From: Gonapodya sp. JEL0774
Taxonomy: Eukaryota
Direction: 5' to 3'
DNA length: 64,000 nt
Assembly: GCA_027604505.1 (NCBI GenBank)
Contig: JADIIX010000012.1
Span: forward strand, 1-64,000
Shown: piece by piece, positions 27,282 to 38,700 of the stretch
Layout: each line of letters starts with the position of its first letter
How positions within the stretch are numbered: position 1 is the first letter of the stretch
The notes under the pieces: generated by a model
Seen by the model: the letters and a program-made list of their open reading frames with translations, nothing else
What the model was told of the DNA's origin: nothing
The model's database searches: none
Program-made: the position numbers and the translations under genes

Positions 27282-27290
27282 TTTATAAGG
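27282..27290 (+). promoter_or_regulatory. Candidate TATA element of PMA1
   Basis: tttataagg about 200 nt upstream of the ATG and just upstream of a putative 5'UTR intron. Confidence 0.3.
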
Positions 27291-27351
27291 AAAGAAATCC
27301 AACTCAACCCCGTGAATCGTTTTTCCCAGAACTCAGGAAGCGTTTCACGAA

Positions 27352-27460
27352 GTGAGTTTGCTCACTCCAGCACATCAACGGATCATCGCAAGGAGTACAG
27401 AGGAGTCATCATCTCGTTCTCCCCGCTCCCTCGCCCCGCCTCCCTGTCTTCCCTTGTCAG
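27352..27460 (+). other. Putative 5'UTR intron of PMA1
   Basis: GTGAGT donor, long C/T tract and TCAG acceptor 24 nt before the ATG at 27485. Confidence 0.55.
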
Positions 27461-27484
27461 TCCCTGGTTCCGACATTCGAGCCA

Positions 27485-30400
27485 ATGTCCGCCGATAAGA
27501 AACCCGCTGAGGAGCACGCCCATGTCGAGGTCGCTGATGAGATCTCTCCCGAGCTCGAGGCCCTGCTGCAGACCAATCCTCTGGAGGGTCTGACTACAGC
27601 TGAATCATCTGCTCGTCTTGTCACCTGGGGAAAGAATGGTGCGTGGTCACTGCGATCGGAGATGTCTCTCCTTTTCTCTGATTGTTTCTTTGCGTCGATT
27701 GGATTTGGAATCGGTGTTTTGTGCTTTCTCCCTTCCTCCAACGGTTCCTTCACCAATCTTCCCTCGGCCTTTTTTTCACATCCCTTGCATTCCGTTCGGT
27801 GATTCTACTGCTTTTAGAAATTCCGGAGCAGAAGACCAACCCTTTCTTGAAGTTCGGCGCGTACTTCTGGGGGTGAGTAATGGTGCCTCGGTTTGGGGTG
27901 GGTCAGCCACCAATCCCCATCACACACTGTTTTGATCAATCTCCCTAATTCCAACTCTCAATTTGCTCCGATTCTCTAATTTCTCCGATTCTCTAATTGC
28001 AATGTAATCCACCTAAGTCCTCTCCCATGGTGGGTCGTGTACTGTAAGCACATAGCCGATCTCGGAAGCTCACCTGGTTTCACCCCTTGTCAGGTTGATC
28101 GAGGTTGCCTGCGTTGTGTCCGGTGTTGTCAAGGATTGGATTGATTTCGGTATTATTCTGGCACTGCTGTTTGTCAACGCCTGCATTGGGTATGTGCACA
28201 GCAGCGTGCGGGTTCTGGGTTTCTTTGCACGGTGCCTGACGAAATCTTGCAATAAACTTCCACTCCACCTCCCATCAAGTTACTTCGAGGAGGCTAAGGC
28301 TGAATCTGGTAAGTAATAAAAGGGAACGGAAGCGGTCTATGCGCGACTCGCGTGGTAACCGTGGTGTATGTCCGCAGCTCTTGATGCCCTCAAGAACACT
28401 CTCGCCCTCAAATCCCGTGTATGGAGGGACAGCCGTCTGATTGAAATTGACTCTACTGAACTCGTTCCTGGTGATATCGGTATGTTCCTGTGGCGCAGTT
28501 CGGTCTCTTGGGTTAGGTTTCTGGACCCTCAACCAAATTTCCCGATCAACCAGTTGCCCTCCGTCTCGGAGACATTATTCCCGCCGATGTTCGTCTCCTT
28601 GGTCTGTCCACCACCGGTGAACCCTCGACTGCGCCTCTCCAGATTGACCAGTCCGCTCTCACTGGAGAGTCACTCCCGGTCGTCAAGGACAAGGGTGCGA
28701 TCGCTTACTCCTCCAGTACCGTCAAGCAGGGACAAATGCTTGGTGTTGTCGTCAAGACTGGCATTAACACTTTCATCGGACGTGCTGCAAAGTAAGTTTC
28801 CCGTCGCCTTTTTGTTTATGCAATGTGTGGAGATTTTCAACTTCGTGGCCTCTTTGCTAGCTTGATCTCCATCACCAACGAACAGGGTCACTTCCAGAAG
28901 ATCGTTAACACCATCGGAAACTTCCTGATTCTTATCACCCTTGTCATGGTTCTCATTATCATGTTTGTTCGCTTGTTCGGACCCAAGAAGATGTCTTTCT
29001 TGAGCGCTCTTGAGGAAGTTGTCGTTCTGACTATTGCTGCCATCCCCAGTGAGCTTGCCATCTTCAACCCCATATGCTAAGACCACAATTTTAAAATCAT
29101 TGTATTGTCACGTCCAACAGTCGGTCTTCCCACTGTCATGAGTGTTACCATGGCTGTTGGTGCCAAGGAACTCTCCCACAAGAACGTTATTGTCAAGCGT
29201 CTCCCGGCTATTGAGGAATTCGCGTCTGTCTCCGTCCTCTGCTCAGACAAGACCGGAACACTGACTCTCAACCAGCTCCAGTTCGACGTTCCCTGGCTCC
29301 CAGTACGCTCTGCCGCGGCTTCTGCCTTCCTCCACGTTCCCGAGGGTGGAAAGTACACGAACGAGGATCTTCTTCTTGCTTCCTACCTTGCTTCTGAGGC
29401 CGGTACCCACGATGCTATCGAAAAGGCTGTCCGTACTGCCGCTGAACAACAAGTCGGCGTCTTGGCCTCGAAGGAATCGGTGGGTCTCGAGGCCTTCCCT
29501 TTCTCCCGGTTTCTCAACTAACTTGTTCCCCCCATCGCGATGGTTTGCGCTTACAGCACGACCACGGTGTTCCAGGTTACCACATCTCTGCTTTCATCCC
29601 CTTCAACCCAACCAGCAAGTACACTGAGGCCACTGTTCGCGAAATTTCTTCCGGCAAGCAATTCCGTGTCATCAAGGGTGCCCCACACGTCATTATCCAC
29701 CTTTCTGGCGAAAACCACGAAGCTGACAAGGCTGTCATCGAGTTTGCCTCCCGCGGACTCCGTGCTCTCGGCGTTGCCAGGACCTACGACGACGCCATGG
29801 AGAAATTCGAGTTGGTTGGTTTGATTTCCCTTCTTGACCCACCCAGGTACGTCTCATCCTGCGATAGATTTCGCGGTTGTTATGCTCACACTCATGACGT
29901 ACATCTGCAGGCCCGACTCCGGTGACACTATCCGTGAATGCGAGAGACTCGGCGTCAACGTGAAAATGATTACCGGTGACCAGCAAATTATCGCTAAGGA
30001 GGTTGCACTTCGTCTCGGCATGCAGCGCACTATTTTGGATGGTGGGTCTGGATCTCGTTTTGCTACAGTGCTTTTCATGGAGCTCATTTTCGTTCGCCCG
30101 GATCCAGCCCACAAACTCATTGACCCTACTAAGTCTGAGGATGAAATCGCCGACCGTGTGGAGAAAGCTGATGGTTTTGCTCAAGTTATTCCGGAACACA
30201 AATACGCTGTGGTCGAGTACCTCCAGAAACGTGGCAAACTCGTCGGTATGACTGGTGACGGTGTGAACGATGCTCCCGCTCTCAAGAAGGGTGAGCTTTT
30301 GCATGTCGACCTCTAATCTGTGACGAGTATTCATTTGTGTCCCTACCTTCCAGCCAACGTCGGAATCGCTGTCGAAGGTTGCACTGATGCTGCTCGGTCT

Positions 30401-31570
30401 GCTGCCGACATTGTCTTGCTTTCTTCCGGTCTTTCCACCATTGTCGACGGTATCAAGGCTTCCCGTGCGATTTTCCAGCGCATGCGATCATACGCCGTCT
30501 ACCGTATCGCCTCGACTATCCACTTCTTGCTGTTCTTCTTCGTCACTCTCTTGGCTTTCGACTTCAGCTTGCCACCTAGGCTTATCATTCTCATTGCCGT
30601 CATGAACGATGCCGCTACCCTTGTCATTGCCATCGACAATACGAAGATCTCGCAGAAACCTGACAAATGGAGAAGTGCGCATTATCTTGGCGTCTTAACT
30701 TTTCGGGCGCTGTCTAACCATCTTATGATCCCAGTTGGCCAACTTCTCACCTTGTCCTTCGTGTTGGCTCTCGGTCTCGTCGTCATCAGCTTTGCTCACT
30801 ACTTCATCGCTCGTGATGTTTTCAACGTGGACGAGGATCACCTCCACACTATCATGTACCTGCAGATCTCCTCTTGCCCTCACTTCGTCATCTTCTCGAC
30901 TAGGCTTCCCAGTTGGTTCTGGGAGAACAGGCCGAGCTGGCTATTCATCTTTGCTGTCGGTGGTACCCAGGTCTTCGCATACTTCATGTCTGTGTTTGGT
31001 ATTCACGGCTTAAACGAAGGTGTCGGCTGGGCCTGGAGTTCCGTTGTCATCTCGTGAGTGAAGTTGCGCAGCTAGTGAGGGTCATTTCTAAACTTTTGTC
31101 TCTCTTAGGATGTCCTTGCTTTCGATTTTCCCCTTGGACTTTATCAAGACCATGCTGATTCGCCACTGGTCCTTCGAAATTACTGCGAAGCTCGTGCCTA
31201 CTCCTGCTCGTCTTGCAAAGCTTGAGGCTCGGAGAGAGAAGAGTGCCCGCCTTGCCCGCGTCCGTAACACTATTTCCAAGTTCCGTCGTGGTGTGTACCA
31301 GATGATCTTCATTTCCTCCATGTGGGGTTCATGGGAGCGGATGGTTGCTTTGATGAGCGGTGGAAAGCTTCTTGAACACGTGAGTTTGTGCGCTTTCGCT
31401 GTGCTTGCATAGGGGTGGTTTGACTGATACCCGTTGCATACTTTCAGGGTTCCGGGTTCAACACCAACGGTGGAAGCTCTGCGGGCCATATCACCGAGAA
31501 GGAGTCTCCTTCCGAAGAGAAGATCGTGGATGAGGGAGAGAAAGTGGTTGAAATTGCAACGAGCCGATGA
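27485..31570 (+). CDS. PMA1: Plasma-membrane P3A-type H+-ATPase
   Basis: DQSALTGESLP, IPVGLPTVMSVTMAVGA, CSDKTGTLT phosphorylation motif, KGAP, DPPRPD, MITGD, FAQVIPEHKY, GMTGDGVNDAPALKKA, AVMNDAATL with the proton-binding Asp. Strong C/T-ending codon bias; many introns including a 12-nt microexon. Confidence 0.97.
27966..27998 (+). repeat. Tandem duplication of ctccgattctctaatt in the PMA1 intron before the microexon
   Basis: Two copies visible, each carrying a CTAAT branch-point-like motif. Confidence 0.85.
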
Positions 31571-31888
31571 ATTTGAAGGTCTTGGCCGGAGTTTCTCTTC
31601 GTCCAATTTGCATTGGCCTACTAGACGATTGTAGACTTGACGGTAGCTCAATATCAGTTTCTTGCAACCTTAGTAGCAGTAATCAGTCGGTACCTAATCT
31701 ACGAAACGAGAGCTTACAGTCAATGAACCGTCAAAAAACGGTGGCACCAAGGGAAGATGAATTGGTGGGGACGTTGAGAGCCAAGCCACACTACAAGTAC
31801 GTCCTGCACTGACTGGCCGTGCAAGGAGTACATGCATATTTCATTTACATGGGACAATATCTCTGTGTCCAACAAAAGCTAACCTAAC

Positions 31889-33245
31889 TCAAACGAACTT
31901 TCCCTCCCGTTGCCAAATCTGGAATTAGTAGCGGGGTGGGGACGGGAGGGGCAGCAGGTAGAGCGGGGGTGTGGGGGCAGGTCGACGGGGAGGGGGGCAG
32001 GGACGGCCGGGTTAGCTTCAAAATACACATTCGCGGTGAAAAATCTATAGTCTCACATTTAAACCCCACTTTTCCACTCCATTCGTGGGCGGGGTACCCG
32101 AATGAAGAGTTTTCTCGTCGCCCTTGCCTTGAAGATCAACGTCCCACCAGAAGGCCGCGCTACCCTTCTTTGGGAATACATCAACTCCACGTGCTGATCC
32201 GGTAGGTGTCAAACCAGATTGGTGCTTCGTCGCTTGTGGGAAGTTTGTTGAACCGCCGGTACCTTCGGGCAGAGAGTTGAGATAGACAAAAAATGTGGTA
32301 ACGCGTTGTCCTCCACGGTTCTCTGTCTCAAGGAACTGGGTCGGGAACCAGTCATAGTGGTGTGCATAGTGCTGCGATGAGAATGAGTGAGTTTGTGACA
32401 TCTGAGCAAGTTCCAAGATCCTTGGGACGCACTTGTTCGGGGTTATAGTGGACCACTATGAGGTTGTGGCATGCGATATGCAACGCATGATAAATGAGGG
32501 CTTGCTTGTGATTGAAAATCAGACGGCAACGGACCTTGCATGGGTTCTGTGTTTTCCAGTGGGACACCACTAAACGCCACTGCTCGCTGCTCAACACAAC
32601 GAATGACGGGGTCACCATTTCGACTGTAAAGGTACAAAATTGGAGAATAACATATGTAGTATTACCACCGCAAAACTTTACGTGAACTTTGAATTCAAAA
32701 TTGAGGAATTTTACCCACTCGAGAAAGGCAGACTCAGACGTCCTTGCATTGTCCAGCCGCCGTCTCTTTTCGTAGTCAGTCTCTTTAGAATCTTCAACTA
32801 CGACTGTTGATGGCGCCATGAGTGCTCTAGAGATGTTGATTAAGTGCTCCGCCTCTCCCGTCCTCAAAAAGTTATCTATTCTGATGAGGAGAGGATCCCG
32901 AGAAATGATTTCTACCCCCGAGAAGGACGTGTCACACGTGTACTCCGACAGAGAAGACCACGGAGCGCCAAAAAGACCATCAGGTCCACGAACGTCTGAG
33001 TGTTTCGCTTTCGGCGGTGCGGGGAGCAGGGTGCCCAGCGGATGTGGGAGCAGCGCATCAAGAGAGTTGCGGATTCTGGGTTCATTTAGGATTATTGTCA
33101 AGTATGTCGGCAAGTGAAGAGCGAGGGAAAGCACGATGATTCCAGAGAGTAGCGCTCGTGGTGAGCCCAGGAGAGAAGAAAAATCGGTCCACGCCTGCAT
33201 GGATTGGTATTGTTTGTTGTTTCTGCTGGCGGCCTTGCTCGCCAT
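31889..33245 (-). CDS. Prolyl 4-hydroxylase alpha-like 2OG-Fe(II) dioxygenase with an N-terminal membrane anchor
   Basis: ISRDPL..IDNFL...EAEHLI, RTSESAFL, HYD (HxD), GGQRVTTFFVYLN, GGSTNFP, PKKGSAAFW, TLHSG, KWGLN|IWQRE. Hydrophobic segment ALLSGIIVLSLAL. Confidence 0.88.
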
Positions 33246-33506
33246 CGTAGTCAGTGTATTGTGACCAGACAGACATCATAAAGTCATCCATGACAGGGAC
33301 CCGATCACATCTTGGACAAATACAGTCATCAAGCACTTGACGTTTTGCATGCTATCGTTTCAGCCACAGTATCCACAACAATGTTTGCTGATCTGGATAA
33401 ACGACGCATTTTCGAGAGATGTTGTCATTGGGGCTCTTGGAACATCTTCAGGTCAGAATGACGTGGTCATTCCACCCACACAATCACAACAACTATTACA
33501 GCAATT

Positions 33507-34572
33507 ATGTCCGCGACACCCCCGGCAACTCCCAAGAGGTCGCGAAATACTCCGTCGCTCCAAGACCCAAAAAGCTCGCCAACCCAGCTCATATTTGCTA
33601 CTCCTCCAAGCACACCTTTCGCAGTTACTCATCGCCAAGAGAGCAGGATTCCACCGTCTCCGGAAACGGGCCCTGACTGGCGTTCGGTGAGTATCAGCGT
33701 GACGACGTTGGATTTCACGGATCTCTGCCTCTTTCTTAAAGCAGTGACTTTTGGGGTGATCTGTCCGGCAGCTACCACCATTACCACTTGAGGACAGGCA
33801 TCATTTCCAGTCCCCTCCGACTGCTGTCGCTGCTCGTGGCAGCAACGTCTTCCATGATCCCATCATCGGAAAACAGTGCATCAGTTGCCTTGCGATAAAA
33901 AAACACAGAGAGGTTTGTGCTCGTTGCTCTTCTCTTCTTCGAATACATCTCAAACTGACCATTGTAATACATAAGTTCACAGAAAGAGAATGGAACACTC
34001 CCATGTCACGCTGTAGAACCTGCCTGAGACTGTTGATGGAAAAAGGCGTAAGTATCGTACTCGAACCCCTTTCTTCAGATCTCGTGAACACTGAGAGCCG
34101 GTATCACTGGCTTTATCAGGAGACGCACGGAGAGTGGTTCCACCACCCACCCACCGTGACCACAATTCCACTTCCTGCATTGCGACTCAAATCGGATTCG
34201 CGAGCGTGCGTTGAGTGCCGGGCTGTACTGTTTGAGCCTGAGGTGCGTTGTTAGGAGGCACATCACAAGCTTGAGCCCCATCATACACACTGCGTGATCG
34301 TGGTAGTTCAACCCTCAGGAGTGGTTGAGTCCGCATCCACGTTGTCGTAGCTGTGAGTGTCTGTGGATGACACGAGGGGAGGAATTTGCTGATTGGCAGG
34401 TGAGAATAGGAGAGCTAGCTTCTCGTGGAAGCTTGGAGATTCCCGGAAATCCAATAAACTGATCGCTGAACATGTATCTCCGTGTGTCCTTGCTGATCAG
34501 GGAACCAATGTTTTGGTATCCAATTCCTCAGACAACTCGTGGGGAACTGTCAGGCGTCTCCCTGGGCTCTAA
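33507..34572 (+). CDS. Hypothetical protein with two tandem C4 zinc-finger-like repeats
   Basis: Splicing gives a Pro/Ser/Thr-rich N-terminus, then CISCLAIKKHRE|FTEREWNTPMSRCRTC and CVECRAVLFEPE|FNPQEWLSPHPRCRSC; stop TAA 34570-34572. Confidence 0.65.
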
Positions 34573-35774
34573 GCGTGCTGAGTGCAAAGATCCGAACGAA
34601 AAAGAACCGCGCTACAATAGTTATACTTCCTTGATTGAAAATTAATTGTGCCAAAACAGTTAGAATGGAAAGCCAGTTTGGCGGAGCGACCAAAGCATTT
34701 TATTGTTAATCCTCCACAGAAAGGAGAAAATTTTCAGCTTTCCCCTTCTCCATAATAACTCGTAACTTTCTTCCACTTCTTGTACACACTGTCGACGGAT
34801 CTCCTCCCCATCACTGAGTCCCCAACCTTTTCGGACTCTGCCAGTCCAATTCAGGTGAGTCGATTCAAACAAACTCGAGTACCTCGGGCATCCCCACAGT
34901 TGCCGCGACATAATGATGATGGCACAAACTAAGGCATAGTTCTTCTGATCCGGTGCTACTACACCGTTGCTGACCACATGCATCAATCTTTCGCTCCTAT
35001 CTGAACTATCGTGAACTATGTCGCGGATGCCATCTTTGTTTTATTGTTTGGCATGCACGTAGCATCACTGCCATTCTGTTTCTGACCTCACTCTTCGTGC
35101 TTACAGGCCCCATCCGCGTCTCCCGGGCGAGACTCCTGCAGGGAAAGATGTAATGAAATTCTGATTTAGAACTATTTTAAGTTTGACTCATGTACATGAA
35201 CTCCATATCGAACAATGTATATAATTTCATACCTTCGCGTTCTACGCTGAAGGCTGCAGCCCCCTTTTCCGTTGGAGAAGGAGCACTAAGCTGCATAGTC
35301 CTTACAATCACTAACCACCAGATGTGATGGAATGGAATTGACAGCTTCTGGGTTTAAGAAAGTGTCATGGTGTAGCTGAGCAGGCTGGTGCGGCGTATGT
35401 GTCAGTCGCCCAGACTCAGAACTCACTCAGACCTTCACCGACCCGGTGTTCTCTTACTTAACTGTCTACATGTTGATATGTATTTGACTATATGGGAAAG
35501 CACTGTTTACAAGCAGACTTCAAACGCAGACTAAGTAGTGCGCACGAAACAAATTATGCAGGAGCATCAAGTGAACAATCAACGGCCAGAATTAGATATG
35601 CAAATGTGACTCTCCTGTCAAAGGAGGCATCAGTGTTCCCTCGCCAAATGCCCAAACCCAATGCCAGCATGGTTTGTCCTCCACTGCGACTCATCGAAAC
35701 ACACCCAAATGCTCAGAAATGCTGCTGCAGATCAACAACTTCAATCTCTCCTCCAAACTCCTTTGAATTTCTTA

Positions 35775-38700
35775 CTATGTGGAAAACAACTCCTGCCTGT
35801 GCCCTCCGTTCGACGCTTCATCTGTGTTGGCTCGTGAAAGGGAATGCGCGGGGTAATACCTTCCCATCTCCTCCTCCCGGGCTAGGACAAGCTTTTCCAA
35901 CAGTCCCACGAGGTGTTCGGGAGATTCGAGGTAAGACCTAGCCTCCGTACTTTTCTTTCCCACTGTGGCTGTGAATGCCGTAGGAAGATCTCGCAGATAG
36001 GTGAACAGGGATTCGTCAGCTTTCCCGTCTACCGTAGGTTAAAATCTCCCCTTAGCACATCAGAATCACCGTCCATTAAGTCTTCATCACTCACCACCAA
36101 CGCAGAGCACAAATCCAACATCCGTAATTCCAATATCTTTCAAAATTGTTTTCGCCGCCAAAGCTTTGTCAACCAATGATGGCCGCAACTCCAGCGTTTT
36201 GTCGCCGAGAATGACGGAAACGGGCATCCGAGCCAACAATTTCTCGAGATTGAGCTGAAGCTCCGCAGCTTGCCAGCTTTGAGGAAGCGTTTGGTGTCAG
36301 AATTTGTTTGGCTAGCGGCCTTGCAGAGATTCTGCTGGCTCACCTTCCAAATTCCGGGTCCGCATTTCGATAGTGCCAGGTGATGTTAACCTCCTTTTCT
36401 TCAATGAAGCTGTTCGGTGTGCGTTCGGTGTAGTGCTGGAACAAGGGTCTGAGGACGTCCCTCCAGGAGGAATCCACCTTGTCCACATGCGAGAGCCACC
36501 CATCCGGATCTCTGCGAACAAACTGCGATTTTCTGTCGTTAGCAGTAGAGAACATAGTACCTGAGGGACTTCCTAGATGAGAAGACCCAGAAGGTGACCG
36601 CCCGTGAAGGTGCATCCGACCATTTCCAACAGCAGTGGAGTTGGAGTTGGAAGGAACCGATCGAGTACCCGAGGAGACGGAAAGAGCGTCCGGTCCTTCT
36701 GGGTTCGAATCATCCACCTCGGATTCGTCGTCTTCACTTTCGTGCAGCCCAATCGTCATTGCGTCCTCTTCCTCTTCGATGAATTTGCAAGGGTGTCGAA
36801 CAAAGCAGCCATGCCTAAAGGTGGCGACTTAAGCACACGATTTCGCGCCAATAGTTTCTCACCAATACTCACTCTGCGCTCAGTCCGACCCCGGTGTCGC
36901 CGAACCAGCGGACGAGATTGGGCCTGTCTCTACCACTGAGAACATACACGTACACGTCAGGGATGTCATTCAAACTTCGAAGCAGGCTGTGAACCCTATC
37001 GGTGGGTTGGGCGTCCTCTGGCAGATTCTGCGTTTTTGTGAGCGTTCCGTCGTAGTCAAGGAACAGCACTTTCTTGCCCGCCGACGATGTAAACTTGGAG
37101 ATAACAGTAGACTGGTCTAACGGAGGGAGTGCTTTCGTATTCGTTTGTCTTGCTGACACACGCTGGAGCTCTAGTTGCCAAAGAACTCTTGTTTGATCCA
37201 TCCTCGCAACTGTTGAGCGACGGATCCGGCAACACCCACCGCTCACAAAAGTCTCCCCCCAAAATGATGCTGTGAACTTGGAAACATACCGGTAGAGCTT
37301 GTCGTGATTCTGTTTCCGGAGTTCGGGAGTCATGGTCAAGGCTTCGTAGAGAGCATTGGCGATCTCATCCGTGTTCCATGGGTTTATTTTGATTGAACCT
37401 GAAAGGAAGACGGTCTAAGCTTAGGTGAGCAGCTCATGTGCATGATTGAGCTACAACTAACCGTTGAGGCTTTGCGCAGCACCAGCGAATTCCGACAAAA
37501 CCAGAACACCGTGTTTGTCCCTTTGCGAAGCAATGTACTCATAGGACACCAGATTCATGCCTTGCAAGTAGCGGTAAGGGGGTGAATAAACAGGAGTCCG
37601 CTCAAATCTGGAGGGAGAGGTCCACTCACCATCCCTGTGATAGGTTCCAAATTTGCCCCCGAACACAGATCCGGTCAGAAATCAACGCGAAATATTTAAT
37701 GCATTGAAGACAAACCTCGTGGAAGAGATAAGGCAAGTGTCGGCAATGCTGTAGAGAGCGACAAGCTCATCAAAGGTCACGGATTTGTGCATGAAGTGGA
37801 TGGGCATATAGTCGACGGACCCTACGTGCAGTGACAGATGTCTGGAAAATGCCATAGACAATTGAAACAAACATTGCCTCTCACCAAATCTGCCGTTGAT
37901 CCTCCCCACAAGCTCATTCACGATATGACGGAGGTTCTGGTACTCTTGAACGTCTTGACGAGATGGCACTGCCACCTGTACGAGCACCAGCTTGCCCACA
38001 TACTCTGGATGTCGCTCCAGAAGGAGCTCGATAGCATGAAGCTTTTGTGGAACACCTTTTATATAGTCCAGTCGATCCACTCCTACGACAACCTTCATGC
38101 CTTCGAATTTGGATTCGAGCTGGGATATACGGTTCTTGATAGCTTCGTTCTCCAACGCCTTATAATACCGTCCCAACAGCGTTAGAGTGAAAAGGGAGTA
38201 CCTCTCCTGGTGTGACTAACATACCTCGACAAATTTGTGCGTGTCAATTCCAATAGGCACTGCGGCGACTTCGACGAACCGGCCGTCGACTTCGACACCG
38301 TTTGGCATGGCCGAGACGGTAAGAATGCGGGTGCATGAGGATAGGAAGTGTCTGACGTAATCATAAGTGTGGAAACCGACAAGGTCGGCGGAGAGAACAC
38401 CTTGGAGAACTTGCTTGCGAACGGGAAGGATGCTGTTACAAAGAAGACGACATCAGGATTGGGTAAGAAGTTGTTGAAGGGGTGGGGAATTGTCAGTTTC
38501 AAAGAACAAACGAACCGGTAGACTTCAGAGCTTTGTGATTTGAGGGTGGTTGGATAAGGGTGTCAATACATGTTTTCAAAAAAGTACACGTCTTGTTGAT
38601 GACGTCACCTCGGAAACGGAATGTGAAGGAAAAACCCAATTTTCACATTGTCAAGCTTGTCTCCCCTTGCTGTTCTCTCCGAAATCCGCTTTCGCAACAT

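Noticed and set aside
29735..30334. Long antisense ORFs over PMA1 and similar shadows over ATR, CCA1 and dynein
   Set aside because: Explained by codon bias of the sense gene; no recognisable motifs.
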